Assembly: GCA_038119905.1 (NCBI GenBank)
Contig: JAYOKQ010000009.1
Span: forward strand, 361 to 64,360
Source: Gemmatimonadota bacterium
GTDB lineage: Bacteria > Latescibacterota > UBA2968 > UBA8231
Direction of reading: 5' to 3'
Length of the DNA stretch: 64,000 nucleotides
Shown here: positions 27,843 to 35,746 of the stretch, in pieces
How the letters are laid out: the number at the start of each line of letters is the position of its first letter
Position numbering within the stretch: the stretch's first letter is position 1
Translations under genes and position numbers: made by a program
Notes under the pieces: generated by a model
Databases searched by the model: none
The model's input: the letters and a program-made list of their open reading frames with translations, nothing else
Told to the model about the DNA's origin: nothing

Positions 27843-28388
27843 TCATGGGGCCGAGTTGCTCTCGTCGTCGAGGGCGATTCGGCTTCCAGTTGCCGCGCGC
27901 TGTCCCTGGTATTTGCCGCGATAGGGATTGGGTGTGGCCCGATCCATACGGGCGAAGACGAGCTGACAAATGCGGCGGTCTGCCTGTAGACGGATGGGCA
28001 GGCGATTGGCGTTGTAGAGTTCGAGCGTAATCGTGCCCTCAAAGCCTGGGTCGACCCAGCCGGCATTTTGTATAAAGAGGCCAATGCGTCCAATCGATGA
28101 GCGGCCTTCTACAAAGGCCGTGACGTCGTCGGGCAGGCGAATGTACTCGCGAGTCGTGGCTAATAAAAACGAATTGGGCGGTATGATGATTTCGCTTTGG
28201 GTAATTTCCTCGTAGCGGATTTCTTCGTCGAGGCGGATCACGTCGAGGCGGTTTTCGTCGACTTTGAGAAAATGGTCGCCCAGCCGCACGTCGATTGAAG
28301 CGGGCTGGATCTGTCCGTCTGTTAGTGGATCGACGACGAGTTCGCCGCTGTCGAGCATCGAGCGTAGGGTCGTATCAGATAGAATCAT
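27843..28388 (-). CDS. dcd: dCTP deaminase
   Basis: EGRSSIGRIGL and TLELYN (catalytic Glu) motifs, colinear with E. coli Dcd. Confidence 0.9.
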   Translation of the reverse strand: MILSDTTLRSMLDSGELVVDPLTDGQIQPASIDVRLGDHFLKVDENRLDVIRLDEEIRYEEITQSEIIIPPNSFLLATTREYIRLPDDVTAFVEGRSSIGRIGLFIQNAGWVDPGFEGTITLELYNANRLPIRLQADRRICQLVFARMDRATPNPYRGKYQGQRAATGSRIALDDESNSAP

Positions 28389-28419
28389 AGAGCGCCGTGC
28401 CTTGGGGCCGTGCGGGTGG

Positions 28420-29904
28420 TTACCAACTGCGCGCCAGTTGGGTCAGAAGGCGGACGCCAAACCCCACGCCGCCTTTGCGGACGTAGTGGCGGTGAACGTC
28501 GCTGGAAGCCGTGCCGGCAATGTCGAGATGGGCCCAGGGAAACCCTTCGGCAAATTCGGCGAGCAGAGCAGCGGCGGTGCTCGCTCCGCCGGGCGGACCT
28601 CCCGAGTTCTTTACATCGGCTATATCGCCCTCGATCTGCTGGCGATATTCGGGCCAAAGCGGGAGTCGCCACAGGCGCTCGTGCGTTTGCTCTCCGGCGG
28701 CAATGAGTCGATCGGCCAGCCCATCGTCGTTACTGAATAGGCCGGCGGCGTGATGGCCTAGTGCCGTGACGCAGGCGCCCGTGAGCGTAGCCAAATCGAC
28801 GACGGCCGCCGGCTTGTAGCGCTCGACGTAGCTCAAGGCATCGGCTAGGACGAGGCGCCCTTCGGCATCGGTGCTGATGATCTCAATCGTTTTTCCGTTT
28901 AGGGTTTTCAGCGCATCGCCCGGTCGAAAGGCATTGCCGTCGGGCATGTTTTCGGCCGCCGCAATCACGCCGATGATGCGGCGAGGCAGCCCGAGTTCGG
29001 CGATTGTTTGCATGGCGCCGAAGACCGCAGCCGCGCCCGACATATCCTTTTTCATTGTGACAATGCCGCTGACGCTTTTGAGCGATAGGCCACCGCTGTC
29101 GAAGGTGATCCCTTTACCGACAAATACAAGCGGCTGTTCGGAGCGGTGCGGCTGATGCTCTAGGCAGATGAAGCGAGGGGGATGCACGCTGCCCTGACCT
29201 ACGGCTACGAGTGCGCCCATGCCGAGTTTTCTCATGGCGCTCTCATCTAAGATGCGGACCTTCAGATCATAGCGGCGCGCCATGCGACGGGCCGTACTCG
29301 CTAGATAGGCGGGAGTAGCAACATTGCCTGGATGGTTAATCAGATCGCGAGCTAAACTCGTTCCCGAGGCTAGGGCGAGGCCGTCGCGCACGCCCCTTCG
29401 CAGGGCCTTTAGCTTGCCGCCATCGACTTCTGTGACGATGATCTGCTGCAGTGATGCGGGGTTGGGATTCGTGCGGTAGTGTTCAAATCGGTAGAGGGCT
29501 AGTGCGCTGCCTTCCGCAAGGGCTTGGGCAGCGTCTGCTGGTTCAAGGTTGCCTGCGCCAGCACCGTGCAAAATGCTCGCAACCTGCCTACAGCCTAGTT
29601 TGTCTAGCGCAGTCGCCGACAGCGCAGCGGCGCGACGGGCGGCCTCTGCGTCGAAGCGCTCGCGCGGCCCTAAGCCGACGACGAGAACGCGCGGTGTGGA
29701 GAGGGTTGTTCCGCTGTACAATAGCAGCGTTTCGCCGCTAGCTCCGGAAAAATCGCCCAGCTCGATAGCCCGGCTGATCTGTCCGTTGAGGGCGCTGTCG
29801 ACGGCGGCCGTTGCCCCGCCTGGCGTCGCTCCAGCGAACAGGTTGACGACGAGCGCATCGGCTCGCTGTTTTTGAATTTCTCCCTTGCGTACTGTAATTT
29901 TCAT
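28420..29904 (-). CDS. pepA: Leucyl aminopeptidase (M17)
   Basis: VGKGITFDSGG and STDAEGRLVLADAL M17 motifs. Confidence 0.9.
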   Translation of the reverse strand: MKITVRKGEIQKQRADALVVNLFAGATPGGATAAVDSALNGQISRAIELGDFSGASGETLLLYSGTTLSTPRVLVVGLGPRERFDAEAARRAAALSATALDKLGCRQVASILHGAGAGNLEPADAAQALAEGSALALYRFEHYRTNPNPASLQQIIVTEVDGGKLKALRRGVRDGLALASGTSLARDLINHPGNVATPAYLASTARRMARRYDLKVRILDESAMRKLGMGALVAVGQGSVHPPRFICLEHQPHRSEQPLVFVGKGITFDSGGLSLKSVSGIVTMKKDMSGAAAVFGAMQTIAELGLPRRIIGVIAAAENMPDGNAFRPGDALKTLNGKTIEIISTDAEGRLVLADALSYVERYKPAAVVDLATLTGACVTALGHHAAGLFSNDDGLADRLIAAGEQTHERLWRLPLWPEYRQQIEGDIADVKNSGGPPGGASTAAALLAEFAEGFPWAHLDIAGTASSDVHRHYVRKGGVGFGVRLLTQLARSW

Positions 29905-29983
29905 GGTGCCCCGCTTTGTTGGGCGAGTAGTATATGCGGGGTGCTTATCAATGTCAAGATTGGGCTCTGGGCAAGAGCCTACG

Positions 29984-31381
29984 ATGGCGTATATTCTGGG
30001 GCATATGAACGACGATATCGTTACAAAGCTTCGCGCTTTTTTAGCAGAAGATCAGGTCTTAACGTCCGACGAGGAGTTGGATGTGTACGCCTTTGACGGC
30101 ACGGCACTCTTGCATCAAAGACCGCGCTGTGTCACGCTGCCTGAAGATGCGCAGCAGGCCGCACGCATTGTTAAAATGGCCAATGATGCCGGCGTGCCGT
30201 TGGTTACGCGGGGGTCGGGCACGGGACTGGCTGGCGGATCGGTTCCGATCGAAGGATGTATCGTCCTGTGTTTGGTTCGCCTCAACCGCATATTGGAACT
30301 CGATGCAAAAAATTTGGTGATGGTCGTCGAGCCGGGTGTATTGACGCAGGAAATTGCCGACCGAGCCGCCGCCGCGGGTCTGTTCTATCCACCCGACCCC
30401 GGATCAATCAAGATCTCTACTATAGGCGGCAACGTAGCGAATAACTCGGGTGGGTTGCGCGGTCTCAAATACGGCGTCACGCGCGACTATATTATGGCGC
30501 TCGAAGTAGTGTTAGCTGATGGACAGATCTTGCAAACCGGCACGAAATGTGTGAAAGACGTAGCTGGATTTTCTCTGCGTGACCTGTTTATTGGCTCGGA
30601 GGGCTGTCTCGGCGTCATAACTAAAATTACGCTCAAACTCATTCCGCAGCCGGCGGCTAAAAAGACGATGCTCGCGCTTTTTGACAGTATGACGGCGGCA
30701 GCTGACACGATCTCGTCGATCATAGAGAACAAGATCATTCCCTGCACGCTGGAGTTTCTCGATCGGGTCACGGTAGAGTGCGTGGAGGGCTACGCCAAGA
30801 TTGGTTTGCCCACCGACTGCGAGGCCCTGTTGCTGATGGAAGTAGACGGTCATGCCGCGCAGGTAGAGGAACAGGCCGAACAAGTCGTGGCCTTGGCCAA
30901 GGCAGGTGGAGCGCGCGAAGTGCGCCTAGCGCAGTCGGCTGAAGAGGCCCTAAAACTTGCTTCGGCGCGGCGCACCGCGTTTTCCGCGTTAGCTCGCCTG
31001 TCGCCTACAGTCGTCCTCGAGGATGTGACCGTGCCGCGCAGTGAACTGGCGCGCATGGTTGCTCGGATCGAAGAGGTGGGTCAGCGCCACAGCGTAAAAG
31101 TCGGGACATTCGGTCATATGGGCGACGGCAATTTGCATCCGACGTTTCTGTGTGACGAGCGCGACGAGGAGGAAATGGAGCGAGTCGAGCGCGCCATGCA
31201 GGAAGTATTCGATTTTGCGATTGAGCTCGGTGGTACCATCACGGGTGAGCACGGCGTTGGCTTGGCCAAAAAACCCTTTCTGCCGGCTCAGTTGGGCGAA
31301 GTTGGCATGGCTATGCTCACGCGGCTTAAATCGAGTTTTGATCCCAAAGGCATACTAAATCCGTGCAAGGTATTCGATTGA
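29984..31381 (+). CDS. glcD: FAD-linked oxidase, GlcD-like (glycolate / 2-hydroxyacid oxidase subunit)
   Basis: FAD_binding_4-type region (VTRGSGTGLAGGSVP) and C-terminal GGTITGEHGVGLAK. ATG 29984 is chosen; ATG 30005 is also possible. Track start 29885 overlaps the pepA start region. Confidence 0.7.
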   Translation: MAYILGHMNDDIVTKLRAFLAEDQVLTSDEELDVYAFDGTALLHQRPRCVTLPEDAQQAARIVKMANDAGVPLVTRGSGTGLAGGSVPIEGCIVLCLVRLNRILELDAKNLVMVVEPGVLTQEIADRAAAAGLFYPPDPGSIKISTIGGNVANNSGGLRGLKYGVTRDYIMALEVVLADGQILQTGTKCVKDVAGFSLRDLFIGSEGCLGVITKITLKLIPQPAAKKTMLALFDSMTAAADTISSIIENKIIPCTLEFLDRVTVECVEGYAKIGLPTDCEALLLMEVDGHAAQVEEQAEQVVALAKAGGAREVRLAQSAEEALKLASARRTAFSALARLSPTVVLEDVTVPRSELARMVARIEEVGQRHSVKVGTFGHMGDGNLHPTFLCDERDEEEMERVERAMQEVFDFAIELGGTITGEHGVGLAKKPFLPAQLGEVGMAMLTRLKSSFDPKGILNPCKVFD

Positions 31382-32688
31382 GCGACGGCGAACTGAACCT
31401 GCTGCGCGAATTGGACTACGCGGTTGTACAGCAGTGCATGCACTGCGGCATGTGTCTGCCTACCTGTCCGACTTATGCGACGACGCTGCGCGAGCGCTCT
31501 TCGCCGCGCGGGCGCATTGCAATGATGCGCGCCATCGCCGACGGCCGGCGCGAACTCAGCGCCTCTTTTGCAGAGGAGATGTACTTCTGCTTGGGCTGTC
31601 TGGCCTGTCAAACTGCGTGTCCGGCCGGCGTCAACTACGGCGAATTGTTTGAGTCCGCCCGCGCCGAAGTTGAGCGCCAAGGCGTGCTGGATACGCCTAA
31701 GCGTCGACGCATTCGCGACTGGACGCTGCGCTGGCTTTTTGTCGAACGGACGCGTCTACACGCGCTGGCGCGCCTGCTGCGCTTCTATCAGCGCAGCGGA
31801 ATAGAGGGGTTCGTGCGTCGGCTGGGACTGCTCAATTTACTGCCGAAGTCGCTGCGCGATTTGGAGCCCCTAACTCCGCGAATGAGTCGCCAATTTACCG
31901 CGGCCCATCACGCCCAATCTGCCGATCCCGAAGCAGCGCGATATCGCGTTGCGCTCCTCAGCGGCTGCGTGCAGGATATCGCCTTTGCAGACGTTAATGC
32001 CGATACGATCTTCGCGCTGCGCCAGAATGGATGTCAGGTCCTGCTACCGCCCGAGCAGGCCTGCTGCGGTTCGCTGCACGCGCACAACGGCGACGTCGAA
32101 TACGCTCGAGCGCTAGCGCGCCGAAATATCGATGCTTTTGCTCCTGAAGATCTCGATGCGATCATAGTCAACGCGGGTGGATGTGGATCGCATATGAAGC
32201 ACTACGACCATTTGTTAGAGCACGACTCCGACTACGCGGCGCGTGCGAAAATCTGGAGCGAAAAAGTCAAGGATATCCACGAGTATCTTGCCGAAATAGG
32301 CTTTCGCGCTCCCGCTGCTGGGTGTGGCGTGACGCAGGTGACCTACCACGAATCGTGCCATCTCAAACACGGCCAGCGCGTGGCCGATGCCCCGCGACAG
32401 ATTCTGAGCTCTATTCCCGACGTCGAATTGATCGAATTGGCCGAGGCCGATTGGTGCTGTGGCAGTGCGGGCATTTACAACATTACGCAGCCAGATATGT
32501 CGATGCGCCTGCTAGATCGCAAGATGGGGCACGTGCGCGATACGGGGGCTTCGGTGGTGGCTACGGGGAACCCCGGCTGTGCCATCCAATTGGTCCACGG
32601 CAGTCAGCGCGAGGAGATGGTGCTGGACGTCGTACATCCCATCTCGCTGCTGGCAGCCGCCTATCGCGCCGAGGAGAAACGAACGTGA
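31363..32688 (+). CDS. glcF: (Fe-S)-binding protein, GlcF-like
   Basis: Two ferredoxin-type motifs, CMHCGMCLPTCP and CLGCLACQTACP, plus C-terminal CCG-type Cys-rich repeats (ESCHL..., WCCGSAG). Confidence 0.8.
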   Translation: MQGIRLSDGELNLLRELDYAVVQQCMHCGMCLPTCPTYATTLRERSSPRGRIAMMRAIADGRRELSASFAEEMYFCLGCLACQTACPAGVNYGELFESARAEVERQGVLDTPKRRRIRDWTLRWLFVERTRLHALARLLRFYQRSGIEGFVRRLGLLNLLPKSLRDLEPLTPRMSRQFTAAHHAQSADPEAARYRVALLSGCVQDIAFADVNADTIFALRQNGCQVLLPPEQACCGSLHAHNGDVEYARALARRNIDAFAPEDLDAIIVNAGGCGSHMKHYDHLLEHDSDYAARAKIWSEKVKDIHEYLAEIGFRAPAAGCGVTQVTYHESCHLKHGQRVADAPRQILSSIPDVELIELAEADWCCGSAGIYNITQPDMSMRLLDRKMGHVRDTGASVVATGNPGCAIQLVHGSQREEMVLDVVHPISLLAAAYRAEEKRT

Positions 32689-33029
32689 AACACTATGGAC
32701 TGACGATTGATCTCAAGGACGATCCCGAACTGATCGCACAGTATAGAGCATTTCACGCCGATCCATGGCCCGAACCCCTGCGCGGCCTGCGCGAGATTGG
32801 CATTGTCGATATGAAGATTTTTCTCCTCGGCACGCGGATGTTCATGTACATGACGGCCACCGATGAATTTGAGGCTGAGCGCGACTTTCCCACCTATGTC
32901 GAACGCAATCCAAAAGCCGCTGAATGGGACGCCATAATGCGCACGTTCCAACAGCAGGTGCCCGAAGCTCGTGCAGGTGAGTGGTGGGCCGAGATGGAAA
33001 TGGTGTTCGATTTGCAGCGACACGTCTGA
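32685..33029 (+). CDS. L-rhamnose mutarotase family protein
   Basis: GTG 32685 overlaps the glcF-like stop (GTGA). VKHYGLTIDLKDDPELIAQYRAFHADPWPE...WAEMEMVFDL matches the rhamnose mutarotase (RhaM/DUF718) pattern. The upstream part of track ORF 32181..33029 is out-of-frame read-through over glcF. Confidence 0.7.
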   Translation: MKHYGLTIDLKDDPELIAQYRAFHADPWPEPLRGLREIGIVDMKIFLLGTRMFMYMTATDEFEAERDFPTYVERNPKAAEWDAIMRTFQQQVPEARAGEWWAEMEMVFDLQRHV

Positions 33030-33796
33030 TGGGAGCGATACACGGCAAGGACCGTCTGGCGGGAAAAGTCGCCATTGTTACGGGGGCGGCCTCGGGCATT
33101 GGGGAGGCGACGGCGCGTTTACTGGCCGCCGAGGGCGCATCCGTGTGTGCCGTTGACCTAAACAATGAGGCCGGTCGGCAGGTAGCCGATTCAATAGTCG
33201 GCGACGGAGGGACGGCGATATTCATTCGCGCCGATGTTGGTAAGGGGGCACAGGTCAAGCGCGTAGTTGAGCGCGCGCTGCAGAAGTTTGGCCGTCTCGA
33301 CGTGCTGCATAATAACGCCTACTGGTCGCGCAATGGACAGGCTACCGAGTTGGAAGAGAAAGCGTGGGATCGCACGTTAGAGGTCACCTTAAAGTCCGTT
33401 TTCCTTGGCGCAAAGTATGCCATACCCGCCATGCGTCAGAGCGGGGGAGGATCCATTATCAACACGGGATCCGTGCATTCACTGGTAGGATTTGCTGGCT
33501 TTACTGCCTATGATGCGGCCAAGGGCGGCGTGTTGGCCATGACGCGGACGCTGGCCATTGATTACGGGCCGGATATTCGCGTTAACGCCGTCTTGCCGGG
33601 TGCCATACTGACGCCGGCCTGGGACGGAACGTCGAAGTCGTATCGCAAGCGCTGTGCCGAGATGGTGCCCGCCAAACGGCTGGGAGACCCGGATGACATT
33701 GCGCGTGCGGTCCTTTTTTTAGCATCAGATGAAGCTTCGTATATAACCGGCACGTCGCTCACGGTCGATGGCGGCATGCTGGCTCGCACAGAATAA
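33029..33796 (+). CDS. SDR family oxidoreductase (FabG-like)
   Basis: [12 protein letters not shown] and YDAAKGG motifs. The ATG overlaps the upstream stop (TGATG). Confidence 0.85.
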   Translation: MGAIHGKDRLAGKVAIVTGAASGIGEATARLLAAEGASVCAVDLNNEAGRQVADSIVGDGGTAIFIRADVGKGAQVKRVVERALQKFGRLDVLHNNAYWSRNGQATELEEKAWDRTLEVTLKSVFLGAKYAIPAMRQSGGGSIINTGSVHSLVGFAGFTAYDAAKGGVLAMTRTLAIDYGPDIRVNAVLPGAILTPAWDGTSKSYRKRCAEMVPAKRLGDPDDIARAVLFLASDEASYITGTSLTVDGGMLARTE

Positions 33797-33812
33797 TAGG
33801 GGAAAGGAGACC

Positions 33813-34991
33813 ATGCTCGCCCAAGACGATGTGCAGCAAGACAAACCTGGTGTAAAACCGCAGAATCCATGCTTTTCTTCGGGCCCCTGCGCCAAGCGGC
33901 CCGGTTGGGATCTCGGCGCGCTGAGTGCGGCCCCTCTCGGGCGATCGCATCGGGGTAAACTGGGCAAGGCGCGCCTGGCTGAAGTCATAGATCGCACGCG
34001 GGATATTCTGCAGATTCCCGACGCGTACCGCATTGCCGTTGTGCCTGCATCTGATACGGGCGCTGTCGAAATGTGCATGTGGTCCATGCTGGGTGAGCGC
34101 GGCGTAGATATCGCCGGCTGGGAGAGCTTTGGCAAAGGATGGGTTACCGATGTGGTAAAGCAGCTGAAGCTAGAGGACGTCCGCGTCTTTGCTGCCGATT
34201 ATGGCCAGTTGCCCGACCTGACCCAGCTCGACTGCGATCGAGACGTTGTATTTACCTGGAACGGCACGACTTCGGGCGTGCGCGTGCCGGACGGATCGTG
34301 GATTTCCGATGATCGCAAGGGGCTGACCATCTGCGATGCGACTTCGGGTGTATTCGCCATGGAACTGCCCTGGGAAAAGCTCGACGTCGTCACCTACTCT
34401 TGGCAGAAGGCCATGGGAGGAGAAGCCGCCCACGGTATGATTGTGCTCAGTCCACGCGCCGTAGAGCGCCTTGAATCCTATACGCCACCGTGGCCGCTAC
34501 CCAAGCTGTTTCGCATGACAAAGAATGGCGCACTCGACGAAGCCCTGTTCAAGGGGAGCACGATCAATACGCCGTCCATGCTGTGTGTAGAGGACGCTAT
34601 CGATGGGCTCAAATGGGCCGAGTCGATTGGCGGTTTGCCTGAGTTAGTGCGCCGCTCACAGATCAACTTGCAGTGTTTGAGCGAGTGGGTCGAACGCAGC
34701 ACATGGGCGGCGTTTCTCGCCCAAGACGAGGCCGTGCGTTCCAGCACGTCCATCTGCTGTACTATCGTCGATCCACTCTATGCCGAGTTGGATGAGAGCG
34801 CCCAGCGCGCGGTGGCCGACGCCCTGGTGCGCCTACTCGAAGAAGAAGAAGTGGCCCACGACATCGGTGCGTATCGCGATGCACCGCCGGGACTTCGCAT
34901 ATGGGGCGGATCGACCGTCGAACGCAGCGATATAGAAGCGCTCTTGCCCTGGTTGGACTGGGCATGGCAACGGGTTCGGCCCGCTCAATAG
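33813..34991 (+). CDS. serC: Phosphoserine aminotransferase (long, SerC_2 type)
   Basis: [13 protein letters not shown]-terminus and PLP-lysine region [21 protein letters not shown] before ATG 33813. Confidence 0.8.
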   Translation: MLAQDDVQQDKPGVKPQNPCFSSGPCAKRPGWDLGALSAAPLGRSHRGKLGKARLAEVIDRTRDILQIPDAYRIAVVPASDTGAVEMCMWSMLGERGVDIAGWESFGKGWVTDVVKQLKLEDVRVFAADYGQLPDLTQLDCDRDVVFTWNGTTSGVRVPDGSWISDDRKGLTICDATSGVFAMELPWEKLDVVTYSWQKAMGGEAAHGMIVLSPRAVERLESYTPPWPLPKLFRMTKNGALDEALFKGSTINTPSMLCVEDAIDGLKWAESIGGLPELVRRSQINLQCLSEWVERSTWAAFLAQDEAVRSSTSICCTIVDPLYAELDESAQRAVADALVRLLEEEEVAHDIGAYRDAPPGLRIWGGSTVERSDIEALLPWLDWAWQRVRPAQ

Positions 34992-35012
34992 CTATTCTTT
35001 TATTGCAGAAAG

Positions 35013-35053
35013 AAGGCACCGTCGCGCAGTGCGTGGCGGTGCCTTTGTTTTTT
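35013..35053 (+). terminator. Rho-independent terminator after serC
   Basis: AAGGCACCG (35013-35021) pairs with CGGTGCCTT (35037-35045), followed by TGTTTTTT. Confidence 0.65.
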
Positions 35054-35071
35054 AAAATGTGAATGGGCCGC

Positions 35072-35617
35072 TTAGAATGAGGGATCTTCGTCGTCTTCGT
35101 CGCCCGTGCCCCACAGCGTTTCAATCTCTTCTTCAAAAGGTGCATTCCGCTCTGTGCGCGGTGTATGCTCGGTAGGCTCTTGATCGGCATGGGGTATCTC
35201 GCCGAGTCGCTCCGATGAGGGCGTTGTTCGGGCCCGTTGAGCGACTACTTCTGCGTTCTCTGGAGCGGGCTGTGGTCGTGCTGTGATGTCAAAAGGCGCA
35301 CAGGCGCTGACGTCGCTGAGGCGAATGGTTCGCCCCGCGGCACACGGCTCCCCCTCCTCGATGTGCCACCCCTGGCGCAGATAGCCGCTGACGGCTCGAC
35401 GGTAGAGCGCTTCGTTGACAAAGGCGCGCTGGCCGGGATCGACGGGGAGAACGACCTCGAGCGACTGACTGCCGTCGTAGTGCGCATAGATCTGTCGATC
35501 AATGGCGCGGAGCTGTCGCTTCATCCACTGTATTTCTTTCGGTGTAAGGGTCTTTACCTTGCGGGGTGTGATGGCCATTCGGCGAATCGCTCTCCAAATT
35601 CCCATTGTCGATACCAT
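35072..35617 (-). CDS. Hypothetical protein with highly acidic C-terminal tail
   Basis: Single ORF between two strong hairpins. No family recognised. It ends ...EEEIETLWGTGDEDDEDPSF. The start is uncertain: several in-frame ATGs (35617, 35605, 35578) and none has a clear SD. Confidence 0.45.
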   Translation of the reverse strand: MVSTMGIWRAIRRMAITPRKVKTLTPKEIQWMKRQLRAIDRQIYAHYDGSQSLEVVLPVDPGQRAFVNEALYRRAVSGYLRQGWHIEEGEPCAAGRTIRLSDVSACAPFDITARPQPAPENAEVVAQRARTTPSSERLGEIPHADQEPTEHTPRTERNAPFEEEIETLWGTGDEDDEDPSF

Positions 35618-35687
35618 GTAGTATTACGTTTATCGGCCGGGTACGGAAAAAATTTAGGTTCATCATGCTAGGGAATGCTCCCAATGC

Positions 35688-35726
35688 AAAAGGTCCGTGT
35701 CGCGGGAATAGCGACACGGACCTTTT
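35688..35726 (-). terminator. Strong hairpin terminator downstream of the sulfatase-fold gene
   Basis: Perfect 16-bp stem AAAAGGTCCGTGTCGC / GCGACACGGACCTTTT with a 7-nt loop. A/T runs at both ends allow bidirectional function. Confidence 0.6.
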
Positions 35727-35746
35727 GCGCGATGAGGCGATGGCGG

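Noticed and set aside
32181-32684. Upstream 168 codons of track ORF 32181..33029
   Set aside because: This part is an alternative frame over glcF, whose own frame has clear Fe-S/CCG motifs. Only the last roughly 114 codons, from GTG 32685, look like a real protein (rhamnose mutarotase family).
35673-35686. Exact 14-mer GAATGCTCCCAATG shared with 58763-58776
   Set aside because: A handful of 14-mer coincidences are expected in 64 kb on two strands. The contexts differ (a terminator flank versus a 5' UTR) and no extended similarity is visible.
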